Assembly: GCA_027295865.1 (NCBI GenBank)
Contig: JAPUKB010000054.1
Coordinates: forward strand, 1-47,331
Origin: Nitrososphaerota archaeon
GTDB taxonomy: Archaea > Thermoproteota > Nitrososphaeria > Nitrososphaerales > UBA57
Reading direction: 5' to 3'
DNA length: 47,331 nucleotides
The notes under the pieces are model-generated. The model was not told the DNA's origin and did no database searches. It worked only from the letters and a program-made list of their open reading frames with translations. The position numbers were made by a program, and so were the translations under genes. This document shows positions 14,084 through 23,253 of this stretch, in pieces; the stretch's first letter is position 1; the number at the start of each line of letters is the position of its first letter.

Positions 14084-14130
14084 GGGGAGACTTGGACCCA
14101 GGTCGGCGAGGCAGAAGGAAAGAGGTAAAC

Positions 14131-14982
14131 ATGGTAGCGGAAATGAGCATTTCTAATGCTACCTTTTTGAGAAAGGGAAAGGTAAAAGATCTCTACGCTC
14201 TACCAGACGAAAGGTTGCTGTTTGTTTTTTCGGACAGGGTCTCGGCATTTGATGTGATCCTCGGCTCTGAAATCCCAATGAAAGGCAAGATCTTGGCACA
14301 CTTTGCAGAATTCTGGTTCAAGACCTTGGGGGCCCCGAACCATATGATCGCTCTCGTAGGAAGGAATCAGCTAATTGTGAAGAAGTTGAAGATGATACCA
14401 ATCGAATGTATCGTCAGGGGATATTTGTACGGGAGCCTCTACGAAAGGATAAAAACAGGAGAGACTTCTTTCGAAGGAAATCCAATTCTTGCCTCGAAGT
14501 TTTCAGAGCCTGTTTTTGATCCGACTACCAAATCTCAACGAAAGGATCTCCCCATCACGAAAAAGGAAGCTGTCTCTCGCGGACTCACGACTCGTGAAGA
14601 GTTTGATAGACTTAGGCAGATCTCGATATCACTCTATAAAAAAATGGAGGGAAGAGTGTCACGGGCTGGTTTTATTTTGGGCGACATTAAGTTTGAGTTT
14701 GGAAAGGACGAGACAGGTCAAATCGTCCTGGCGGACTCCCTTGGGCCAGACGAATTCCGATTATGGCCGAGGGATACTTACTCTGCTGGGAAGATCCAAG
14801 AGAGTTATGATAAACAGCTCATCAGAGACTGGTTGACAGATCAAGGCTTCAAAGCGATATTCGAGAAAGCGACTCCTCAAGGTCTGAAGGTTCCACCTCC
14901 GGTTCTTCCTTCGGAATTGATTAAGGCTGTAACGGAGAGATACCTCGAAGCGTACGCCAAGATAACAGGGAGATCCCTCTAA
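14131..14982 (+). CDS. purC: SAICAR synthetase
   Basis: GKVKDLY, SDRVSAFD, ECIVRGY, DIKFEFG, DKQLIRDW; ATG 14131 after SD GAGGT. Confidence 0.96.
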   Translation: MVAEMSISNATFLRKGKVKDLYALPDERLLFVFSDRVSAFDVILGSEIPMKGKILAHFAEFWFKTLGAPNHMIALVGRNQLIVKKLKMIPIECIVRGYLYGSLYERIKTGETSFEGNPILASKFSEPVFDPTTKSQRKDLPITKKEAVSRGLTTREEFDRLRQISISLYKKMEGRVSRAGFILGDIKFEFGKDETGQIVLADSLGPDEFRLWPRDTYSAGKIQESYDKQLIRDWLTDQGFKAIFEKATPQGLKVPPPVLPSELIKAVTERYLEAYAKITGRSL

Positions 14983-14991
14983 TCCAAAACC

Positions 14992-16047
14992 ATGACGCGC
15001 AATCCATCCTGGACGTACAGGAAATCCGGAGTGGACCTAGGACAAATTCGAAATCTCCATAACTCCGTGGAGAGAGCATTTTCATCTACCCATAAGGAAA
15101 GGGCAGGCAAGATAGGAGAGGTAATTTCTGGAGTTGGGCATTATGCCGGACTAATCAAGATCGGTAATCGAGTCTTGGCCCTGCATACCGATGGCGTAGG
15201 ATCAAAGGTCATAATCGCCCAAGAGATGCGAAAATTTTCCACCATAGGAATTGATTGCATCGCAATGAATGTAAACGACATTATTTGCATGGGTGCAGAA
15301 CCGCTTGCCGCAGTAGACTACATAGCTCTAAGGCAAGCGAATGAGAAGTTAGTAGCGGAAATAAGCAAGGGTCTCGCTGAGGGTGCGAAACAAGCCTCGA
15401 TCTCGATAGTCGGTGGAGAAACTGCAATTCTGCCGGAAATTATACAAGGAGAAGGGAAGAATGCTTTCGATCTAGCTGCAAGTTGTGTGGGGATCGCAGA
15501 CGAAGACAAGACGATCTTAAATCGAAAGATGAATGCTGGTGATGTTATTATAGGACTGACAAGTTCTGGAATACATTCAAACGGTCTCACATTGGCTAGG
15601 AAGGTCTTGAGAAAACGACATATCCTTCGAGAAAAAGTCTTTGATTCAAAAGATTCCCTCGGAGAGACCCTTCTAACACCAACGAAAATATATTCGAGGG
15701 CTGTTTTCAAGGCGTTACAGAAGCACGAAGGGATATCTGGGCTAGCCCACATAACAGGGGGTGCCTTCACTAAACTGAGTCGGCTAACGAGAGGGAGGAA
15801 TATTGGATTCGATTTGGCGGACTTACCGCGCCCCCCGCCCATATTCGATTTGATACAAGAAGAGGGCGGAATCAAAAGATCGGAGATGTATCGAACTTTC
15901 AACATGGGCATCGGTTTCTGTGTTATTTCCCGCCCATCTGCGGTTTCTCGGATCGTCGACAGCTTCGATCAGGATGGAATAAGTGCCTCAAGAATCGGGA
16001 AGCTAATTCGTGTGCCAGGGGTGTTCCTAGATGGAAAGCGAATCTAG
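14992..16047 (+). CDS. purM: AIR synthetase
   Basis: YRKSGVD, TDGVGSK, GGETA, SSGIHSNG, HITGG, TFNMGIG. Confidence 0.97.
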   Translation: MTRNPSWTYRKSGVDLGQIRNLHNSVERAFSSTHKERAGKIGEVISGVGHYAGLIKIGNRVLALHTDGVGSKVIIAQEMRKFSTIGIDCIAMNVNDIICMGAEPLAAVDYIALRQANEKLVAEISKGLAEGAKQASISIVGGETAILPEIIQGEGKNAFDLAASCVGIADEDKTILNRKMNAGDVIIGLTSSGIHSNGLTLARKVLRKRHILREKVFDSKDSLGETLLTPTKIYSRAVFKALQKHEGISGLAHITGGAFTKLSRLTRGRNIGFDLADLPRPPPIFDLIQEEGGIKRSEMYRTFNMGIGFCVISRPSAVSRIVDSFDQDGISASRIGKLIRVPGVFLDGKRI

Positions 16048-17050
16048 CGCGAGTACGGTAAGAGATTCTACAGTCTATCTTACTAGAAAGTTCCCAGAAC
16101 CAGTTTCGCGCATCCTCGAACCCCTTTTTGAGATAACACTCAATCACAGTGATTCTCCCGTTGGCCGCGATGAGCTGCTCAGTCACATAGAGAGGGCTGA
16201 CGGTCTGCTCTGCACTCTGAATGATCAGATCGACAGAGAAGCTCTGGATATAGCTCAGAAGCTGAAGATTATCAGTACCTACAGCGTTGGGTACGATCAT
16301 ATTGACGTGGAGAATGCAACGGCTCGTGGAATCTATGTCACCAACACTCCAGATGTTCTCACCGATGCAACTGCCGATCTTACCTTTGCGCTGATGCTAG
16401 CTCTTTCTCGCAGAATTGTGGAGGGACACAACTTGGTATTCAACAGGGAATGGGATATGCCATGGTTTCCATCCTTCATGTTAGGGAACGATCTAAGCAA
16501 GAAAACGCTCGGAATAGTAGGATTTGGTAGGATTGGAAGGGCGGTCGCCAAGCGAGCCAGGGGATTTGGGATGAAAATCCGATATCATAATAGTGTCAAG
16601 GTTTCCAAAGCTGTAGAAGTGGAGCATGATGCTACATACTCACCATTAGAAACGCTATTGATGGAATCAGACTTTGTATCCATACATTTACCACTGACCG
16701 ATAAAACGCGCAAGCTAATCAGCTACGAAATGATAAGGTTGATGAAGCAGTCGGCTTACCTAATCAATACCTCTCGGGGTATGATCGTAGATGAGTCTGG
16801 GCTGGCAGATGCCCTCCGAAGGGAGGAGATAGCTGGAGCCGCTCTGGATGTGTTCATAACAGAACCGTTAGCAGAAACCAGTCCACTATTAGAGGTCAAT
16901 AACATACTCCTTACGCCACATCTTGGCAGCGCAACGGTCGGAACTAGATACAGGATGGGCGAGATGGCCGCATCCGATATCAGAAACGTATTGTTAGGGA
17001 TAGAACCTGTATCGCTTGTAAACTCTGGAGTAAGAAGAAGACCAATCTAA
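16031..17050 (+). CDS. gyaR: D-2-hydroxyacid dehydrogenase (glyoxylate/hydroxypyruvate reductase family)
   Basis: SVGYDHID, NTPDVLT, GFGRIG, NTSRG, LDVF, PHLGSAT. Confidence 0.85.
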   Translation: MESESSASTVRDSTVYLTRKFPEPVSRILEPLFEITLNHSDSPVGRDELLSHIERADGLLCTLNDQIDREALDIAQKLKIISTYSVGYDHIDVENATARGIYVTNTPDVLTDATADLTFALMLALSRRIVEGHNLVFNREWDMPWFPSFMLGNDLSKKTLGIVGFGRIGRAVAKRARGFGMKIRYHNSVKVSKAVEVEHDATYSPLETLLMESDFVSIHLPLTDKTRKLISYEMIRLMKQSAYLINTSRGMIVDESGLADALRREEIAGAALDVFITEPLAETSPLLEVNNILLTPHLGSATVGTRYRMGEMAASDIRNVLLGIEPVSLVNSGVRRRPI

Positions 17051-17073
17051 TATGAAAAAAGGCCTTCGAACTC

Positions 17074-18096
17074 TCAGCTATTAGTTTTCCGACTCGCGTT
17101 GAATCTTGAATTAACTCTTAGCTTTTCGTAAGCCTCAGCAGTAAAAACGCCAAATTCCCTATAGACGCTCTTGTACTTCGATGCATCATCACCGAAGATA
17201 ACCACAATGGGACCGTGGTCCAGCGATCCTATGACCTTTTGGAGCCCTGCCATCACCGCACCCGAGGATGGACCTGGGAAAAGATTCTCATTATTCGCGA
17301 GCTCATTAACCATATGAAACGATTCGTCGTCCGAGACGGTTATCGTCTCATCTATAACGTTATATCTCCTTTTTAGAATTTCAGGCATTTCGGATTCATC
17401 CAGATTGCGGAGCCCCTGGATATGATGATTCTTTTGGGGTTGAACAGCAATGACCCTAATTGAGGAATTATTCTCCTTTAGATACGTACCCACCCCAGTA
17501 ATTGTTCCACCCGTACCTATGCCCGTAATGAATGTCTTTACTTTTCCATGAGTTTGTTCCCATATTTCAGGACCAGTACCTCGGTAATGCGAAAGAAAAT
17601 TAGCCTCATTCTCGTACTGATTTGGCATATAGTACTGATCGGGGTGATTAAGGATCAAAGCACCTGCTAAGGCGATGGATTGATCAGTTCCAGGCCCCAC
17701 GCGTGGGCATAGGTCATCTTCGGTCACTAATAGTTTTGCTCCGCCTGATAGGAGTGTTTCTTTTGTCTCTGAGCTAATCCTCTCAGGAACTGCCAGTTCG
17801 ACCTTATATCCTAATTCGCGGGCAAACTTCGCAATAGCGATTCCTGTGTTTCCGGAGGTTGGCTCCATAATCGTCATACCTTTCTTCAAGACACCCCGGT
17901 TTTCACCTGCTAATATCATCGAAGATGCAGGCCGCGCCTTCAAAGACCCGGCAGGATTGAACCACTCCAATTTAGCAAGAACGTCTTTTTCATCACCAAA
18001 TCTGAAGTGGGTGAGATGAACTAGCGGCGTATTTCCTACTTGCTTTATCGATGTCGGTTCTACATTTTCCTGAAGTGATGCGGCGGGAACGTCCAT
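17074..18096 (-). CDS. PLP-dependent cysteine synthase family protein
   Basis: GNTPLV, KLEWFNPAGSLK, TSGNTG, GIGTGGT, GPSSGA; carries a DDLCPRVG insert. Confidence 0.92.
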   Translation of the reverse strand: MDVPAASLQENVEPTSIKQVGNTPLVHLTHFRFGDEKDVLAKLEWFNPAGSLKARPASSMILAGENRGVLKKGMTIMEPTSGNTGIAIAKFARELGYKVELAVPERISSETKETLLSGGAKLLVTEDDLCPRVGPGTDQSIALAGALILNHPDQYYMPNQYENEANFLSHYRGTGPEIWEQTHGKVKTFITGIGTGGTITGVGTYLKENNSSIRVIAVQPQKNHHIQGLRNLDESEMPEILKRRYNVIDETITVSDDESFHMVNELANNENLFPGPSSGAVMAGLQKVIGSLDHGPIVVIFGDDASKYKSVYREFGVFTAEAYEKLRVNSRFNASRKTNS

Positions 18097-18176
18097 CTAT
18101 GATCCTGAGATCTAGTTCATGACTCAATCGATATAAATTCTTCGTTGTACTCCAGCTGAAGTTGAAAAATTCTGTC

Positions 18177-18203
18177 TATAACTATTGTTATAAGGCTTAA
18201 ATA
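18177..18203 (+). promoter_or_regulatory. Palindromic operator candidate and TATA box upstream of sufC
   Basis: TATAAC-tatt-GTTATA at 18177-18192, followed by TTAAATA about 25 nt before the sufC TTG. Confidence 0.55.
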
Positions 18204-18227
18204 TCTCACGAGCCTATTTTCCTCATC

Positions 18228-19025
18228 TTGGGTCCTAGTGTCGAGCTTGACATACGAGATCTACACGTCTCAGTCGATTCGAAACCGATACTGAAAGGTG
18301 TGGATTTGACGGTAAAGCAGGGCGAAATTCATGCAATTATGGGACCCAACGGATCGGGCAAAAGTACCTTGGCTTTCACTCTAATGGGTCACCCGAGGTA
18401 TAAAATCGACAAAGGAGAAATTCGTCTGGGTGGCGAGAGCTTGTTAGGGCTTTCACCAGACAAGAGGGCCCGGAGGGGGTTATTCCTGGCTTTCCAATAC
18501 CCCCATGAGGCGCAGGGCGTGAGTTTATTCAATTTTCTTAGGACCGCATATAATTCAACAACCTCACCAGTGGGAGAGGCCGATTCAGTAGGCGCCCGTC
18601 GAAGGGAATTCTCGTCAGTAGTGACCTTCAGAAAGTATCTGAAGACCAAGATGCAGTTGCTCGGAGTTGAGGACCAGTTTGTCAAGAGATATGTAAATGA
18701 CGGATTTTCCGGAGGGGAAAAGAAGAAAAGCGAAATACTTCAACTCGCCGTCTTGCAGCCGAAAATAGCCATTTTGGATGAAACTGACTCCGGGTTGGAT
18801 ATCGATGCCCTCAAGACCGTGGCAAATGCAGTGAATACTATTTCTGGTCCAGAGGTGGGAATCTTGCTGATTACCCATTACCAGCGTCTCCTTAAGTACA
18901 TAAAGCCCCAATACGTCCACGTATTAATGGGTGGAAGGTTTGTCAGAACTGAAGGAAGTGAGTTGGCTGAAGAGCTTGAGAAGAAGGGTTATGGCTGGCT
19001 AAGGAAGGAAAACGAAAGCGCATGA
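18228..19025 (+). CDS. sufC: Fe-S cluster assembly ATPase SufC
   Basis: MGPNGSGKST, LAFQYP, FSGGEKK, LDETDSGLDID, ITHY. Confidence 0.96.
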   Translation: MGPSVELDIRDLHVSVDSKPILKGVDLTVKQGEIHAIMGPNGSGKSTLAFTLMGHPRYKIDKGEIRLGGESLLGLSPDKRARRGLFLAFQYPHEAQGVSLFNFLRTAYNSTTSPVGEADSVGARRREFSSVVTFRKYLKTKMQLLGVEDQFVKRYVNDGFSGGEKKKSEILQLAVLQPKIAILDETDSGLDIDALKTVANAVNTISGPEVGILLITHYQRLLKYIKPQYVHVLMGGRFVRTEGSELAEELEKKGYGWLRKENESA

Positions 19026-19070
19026 TCATTTCGATTACCATCCTTGATCGACTATTCGGAAGGTGAAAGG

Positions 19071-20315
19071 TTGGAGTCAGTAGTAGTCGCTAGGGATTTT
19101 GGAAAAGTGAGAAATGATTTTCCTGTTCTTCAGCGAACCGTGAATGGGAAACGCCTTATCTATCTTGATACGGCAGCGACCTCGCAGAAGCCCAATCTTG
19201 TCATAGATTCTATTAACGAGTACTACCGTGATTATTATTCAAATGTCCATAGAGGTGTTTATGCTCTAAGTGTTGAAGCCACGGAGGCCTATGAAGGATC
19301 AAGAACCAAAATTGCCAATTTCATAAATGCCGGACACGCTGACGAGCTGGTCTTCGTCAGAAACGCTACGGAGGGAATCAACCTGGTGGCCTATACCTGG
19401 GCCAGGAGCAATATTGAGAAAAATGACACCATACTCGCCACCGAGATGGAACATCATAGTAATCTAGTACCCTGGCAGCAGACGGCGATGTTACTAGGAT
19501 GTGATCTTGATTTCATTAAGATTGATGAGGATGGCCTGTTGGTCCTGGATGATATGGAGCGCGCCTTTTCGAAAAAAGTGAAACTATTGGCAATAACCCA
19601 TGTATCGAATGTGCTCGGAACTATTAATCCGCTTAAAAAAATAATCAAATATGCCCATGATCATGGTGCACGGGTATTGGTAGATGCCGCACAATCGGCC
19701 CCGCATATGCCACTTGACGTGCAGGAGCTAGATTGCGACTTCCTCGTCATTTCTGGCCACAAGATGATGGGTCCAGATGGAATTGGGGTTTTGTATGGAA
19801 AACGGGAACTACTCCAGAAAATGGATCCTTTTCTATTTGGAGGTGATATGATAAAGGAGGTTCACCTTCGAGACGCTAAATGGAATGATCTCCCTTGGAA
19901 GTTTGAAGCAGGCACTCCAAATGTGTCGGGGGCCATCGGATTGGGAGCGGCTTCGGACTACCTCAAAGAGTTGGACATGAAGGCTGTTAGATCTCATGAA
20001 AAATCTCTCGTTGACTATTCGATTGATGAATTATCACGAATAGACGATATTACGATCTTTGGGCCTAAAGACTCAGATATTCGAGGCGGAGTTGTCTCAT
20101 TCAATCTGGGTGATATCCATCCACATGATGTAGCCTCGGTCCTTGACGCTGAGGGAATTGCCGTCAGAGCGGGGCATCACTGTGCTCAACCTCTTATGGA
20201 ACGTTTAGGGGTAAGTGCGACCACCAGAGCGAGCTTCCATGTGTACAATTCACGAGATGACATTGACTCTCTTGTTGAGGGCTTGCAGAAGACAAAGAAG
20301 GTGTTCAAGAGATGA
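19071..20315 (+). CDS. sufS: Cysteine desulfurase, SufS (type II)
   Basis: YLDTAATSQKP, MEHHSN, SGHKM, RAGHHCAQP; TTG 19071 after SD GGTGA (alternative start 19044). Confidence 0.96.
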   Translation: MESVVVARDFGKVRNDFPVLQRTVNGKRLIYLDTAATSQKPNLVIDSINEYYRDYYSNVHRGVYALSVEATEAYEGSRTKIANFINAGHADELVFVRNATEGINLVAYTWARSNIEKNDTILATEMEHHSNLVPWQQTAMLLGCDLDFIKIDEDGLLVLDDMERAFSKKVKLLAITHVSNVLGTINPLKKIIKYAHDHGARVLVDAAQSAPHMPLDVQELDCDFLVISGHKMMGPDGIGVLYGKRELLQKMDPFLFGGDMIKEVHLRDAKWNDLPWKFEAGTPNVSGAIGLGAASDYLKELDMKAVRSHEKSLVDYSIDELSRIDDITIFGPKDSDIRGGVVSFNLGDIHPHDVASVLDAEGIAVRAGHHCAQPLMERLGVSATTRASFHVYNSRDDIDSLVEGLQKTKKVFKR

Positions 20316-20716
20316 GCGATGAAATGTACAGAGAAGTGATACTTGATTACTATCAGAACCCTAGAAACAAAGGAACCATCGGGAATCCTGAGATATCTGC
20401 AATGGATTACAATCCGCTTTGTGGAGACAAAATTACTTTTCAGATCAATCTTGAAGCGGATGGAAAAGTAGCGGAGGCCAAATTCGATGGAGAAGGGTGC
20501 GCGATTAGTCAGGCCTCGGCCTCCATGCTGACCGAGATGGTGATGGGTAAAGACATCAATGATTTGAGGAAGATTTCACGGACCGAGATCTTGGAATCGC
20601 TTGGAAATCCAGAGCTTGGACCAGTAAGGATAAAATGCGCATTGTTGTCGCTTAAGGTAATGAAGGTGGGTGTGTACACACACCTAGGTGAAAGGATTGA
20701 CGGTTCGGGGGAATAG
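20312..20716 (+). CDS. sufU: SufU/NifU-type Fe-S scaffold or sulfur acceptor
   Basis: NPLCGD, GCAISQAS, RIKCA. Confidence 0.93.
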   Translation: MSDEMYREVILDYYQNPRNKGTIGNPEISAMDYNPLCGDKITFQINLEADGKVAEAKFDGEGCAISQASASMLTEMVMGKDINDLRKISRTEILESLGNPELGPVRIKCALLSLKVMKVGVYTHLGERIDGSGE

Positions 20717-20725
20717 AGAACAGGT

Positions 20726-20920
20726 TTGCCGAAACTGATTTACTCACTCGACGAGTTCAAAGAGATCTCGAAGAGGGCTGACGAGCTTCGGGTAGTTAGG
20801 AAAAAAGATCGAGTGAAACTCAAGCTTAGTACGAAGGGAATGCTATACGTCTACATCACGACTGAAGAAGAGGGCGAATCATTGATAAAAGAACTAAAAA
20901 TTCCGCACATAGAGCTCTAG
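20726..20920 (+). CDS. rpl38e: Ribosomal protein eL38 (L38e)
   Basis: 64 aa; MPKLI...EF...VKLKLST..MLY pattern matches eL38 MPK.I....F...K.K.R..YLY. Confidence 0.75.
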   Translation: MPKLIYSLDEFKEISKRADELRVVRKKDRVKLKLSTKGMLYVYITTEEEGESLIKELKIPHIEL

Positions 20921-22188
20921 ATCTCTATGACTTCTCCGGGCTCTGGAACCAGGGTCCGCAGTCCGAGCTTTTCCTCAACTTCCTTGGCAAACCCAGAACT
21001 CTGAATCTCTTCACCATGAACCATTACTACCTTTGGATGACCTTTGACTTTCCTCACCATCTCTAGCAATTCGCTGCTTCCACTATGAGAAGAAAAGTCA
21101 AAACGTCTTACGGTCGACTTCACCTTCGTCGGTTTCCCGTGTATCATCGTCAGGCCTTTATCCAAAAGACTTCTACCGGGTGTTCCGGGAATCTGGAAGG
21201 CTACAATAGCGATTCCATTTCTTACTCCCTGTGAGAGCTCACCGCTGTAAAACGCCGCTGACCCTCCAACAAGCATTCCTGCAGGTGCGATGATCACGGA
21301 TGGCGTTTCTAGGATCTTTCTTCTCTCTTTCCAGTCCTTGATCAAATGAGTATGCTCTATCGTCCTTCGGAATAGCGAAGGATCTTTGAGGAACTCCTGA
21401 TGTCTAAAGAGTATTTCATTTGTCTTAAGGGCCATCCCATCCATGGCGACTGGATATGGGAAACTGGCTGCGTACAATACACAGGCAATCTCTTGAGCTC
21501 TTCCTACAGCGAAAGCAGGGACCAAAAGTGTGCCTCCTCCTTCCACGATCTCCTTTGCAAAGGCCACAAATTCCCTCTCAACTTCCGCGCGAGGAGGATG
21601 CTCGTTTAGACCGTAGGTTGTTTCTGTCAACAGAAGATCCAGTTCTCCGTAATCCGTCACCGCTCCGTTCATAAGGTGAGAATCACTTGAGTTTATGTCC
21701 CCGGTGTACAGAATTCTCTTTCCATCAGCCTCTATTAGGATGGATGCGCTACCTGGAATATGACCAGCATGGATTAGTTTTAACTGCACAGGTCCTATAT
21801 TGAACTCGCTCTCAAGGGGGACCTTATGGGCTGCATTTACCATTGTTTCTAGCTCAAGATATTCAAAGGGAAGATAGTGTCCACGGATCTCCCCCGAGAT
21901 CTTGATGAAATCCTTAATTAGCAAATCCGCAATCTCCAAAGTCAGACTAGTGCAATACATCTCGACGCCTTTTGAAAGGAAGAAGAGCGGCGTCGCACCT
22001 GAGTGATCTAGGTGTGCATGGCTCAGAATGATCGCATCTATATCTTTTGGCTGGACATGAATAGGGAACGATGGTTCTGACCCTCGGAGGAGGACTCCGA
22101 AATCGAGAACAAGATTTTTACTGTCGCTTTGAAGCAGGAAAGCGGATCTTCCGACCTCCCTGGCAGCACCGAGCGCGGTGATTTTCAT
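20917..22188 (-). CDS. MBL-fold beta-CASP ribonuclease (CPSF-like, no KH domains)
   Basis: GAAREVGRS, SHAHLDH, AGHIPGS, YTGD, ETTYG, AVGRAQE, FSSH, VHGE. Confidence 0.92.
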   Translation of the reverse strand: MKITALGAAREVGRSAFLLQSDSKNLVLDFGVLLRGSEPSFPIHVQPKDIDAIILSHAHLDHSGATPLFFLSKGVEMYCTSLTLEIADLLIKDFIKISGEIRGHYLPFEYLELETMVNAAHKVPLESEFNIGPVQLKLIHAGHIPGSASILIEADGKRILYTGDINSSDSHLMNGAVTDYGELDLLLTETTYGLNEHPPRAEVEREFVAFAKEIVEGGGTLLVPAFAVGRAQEIACVLYAASFPYPVAMDGMALKTNEILFRHQEFLKDPSLFRRTIEHTHLIKDWKERRKILETPSVIIAPAGMLVGGSAAFYSGELSQGVRNGIAIVAFQIPGTPGRSLLDKGLTMIHGKPTKVKSTVRRFDFSSHSGSSELLEMVRKVKGHPKVVMVHGEEIQSSGFAKEVEEKLGLRTLVPEPGEVIEI

Positions 22189-22496
22189 TTTTTTACGTTC
22201 TGCCTTCGGTCGTTAAATGAATCTTCCTATTAATTAACTCTCGGAAGACCAGATTGTATAAGAGAGAGAAAGCCTCATCACGAGCTCTGACTACTTGAGC
22301 TCTCTGTCTGACCGCATGCTATGTGATAAGCGATCTCCGATATCTCTGTGCTTTGAATCCATTCTTTTCGCAATGTTACCACGCCTGCTCTGGGTTAAGC
22401 TAAATAAACCTATTACTTTAACTGACCTCTACAGACTGGTAATTACCACTTAGTGAGCGGTCTATTCTCGCTTTGATCTACCACGATTCAGCTACC

Positions 22497-23246
22497 ATGC
22501 CGACAATAACTCTTTTCAACAGGCAGACGTTCAACCGTCGTGTGACCGAAGCGGAAATTATACCAGCTAACATACGATTTGATGGCTTATCTCTGATTAC
22601 CGGTTTTCACGGCATTGGCGCTACCGGGTACGGTACTGTAAAGTACTTGCTCCAACAACTCAAACCAGAGAGGGTTGCATTCCTGGATACAGATGCCCTA
22701 ACCCCTGTAGCTACGACGTCATCGGGTAGAATCACGACGCCGTTCGAGATTTATAGGCACCAGGATATCGCCATTCTAAAAGCAGAAGTCTCTCCCTCCA
22801 GGGGGGATGAAATTTCATTTCTCCGCGATGTGTGTAGAATCATAATCGCAACGGGGTTCAAGGAGTTGGCGTTAATAGGAGGACTCGACAGCTCCCTGAA
22901 AGGAGAGGACGGCGCGTTTAGGTACGTTAAGACAAGCAATTTCGAACCACGAGGGTTGCTTAAAGATTCAAAAATCTTGGAGGATGATAGGATCATAGTT
23001 GGACCTGTTGCATCAATGCTAAACTACATGGAAATCAGGAGCTTCCCCGCGTTCGCCATTCTACCTTACGCTTCCCCATCTAGGGTGGATCCACGGGCAT
23101 CAGCTGATGCCCTCAAAATAATCTCCGAACTTTATGGGTTTGAGATAGATGTAGATCCGCTAATAAGAGGCGCTGAAGAAATGGAGTCACAAACGGCGAT
23201 CGAAGAAACTAGGACCAGAAGTGGGGCTGATTCGATTTATACCTAA
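22497..23246 (+). CDS. PAC2 proteasome assembly chaperone family protein
   Basis: TGFHGIGATG, LIGGLD, IVGPVA, VDPRAS; ATG at 22497. Confidence 0.85.
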   Translation: MPTITLFNRQTFNRRVTEAEIIPANIRFDGLSLITGFHGIGATGYGTVKYLLQQLKPERVAFLDTDALTPVATTSSGRITTPFEIYRHQDIAILKAEVSPSRGDEISFLRDVCRIIIATGFKELALIGGLDSSLKGEDGAFRYVKTSNFEPRGLLKDSKILEDDRIIVGPVASMLNYMEIRSFPAFAILPYASPSRVDPRASADALKIISELYGFEIDVDPLIRGAEEMESQTAIEETRTRSGADSIYT

Positions 23247-23253
23247 CATAGCC

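Noticed and set aside
22278-22382. Short minus-strand ORFs and a GAGCTC hairpin in the RNase/PAC2 gap
   Set aside because: Under 40 codons, no clear SD or recognisable motif
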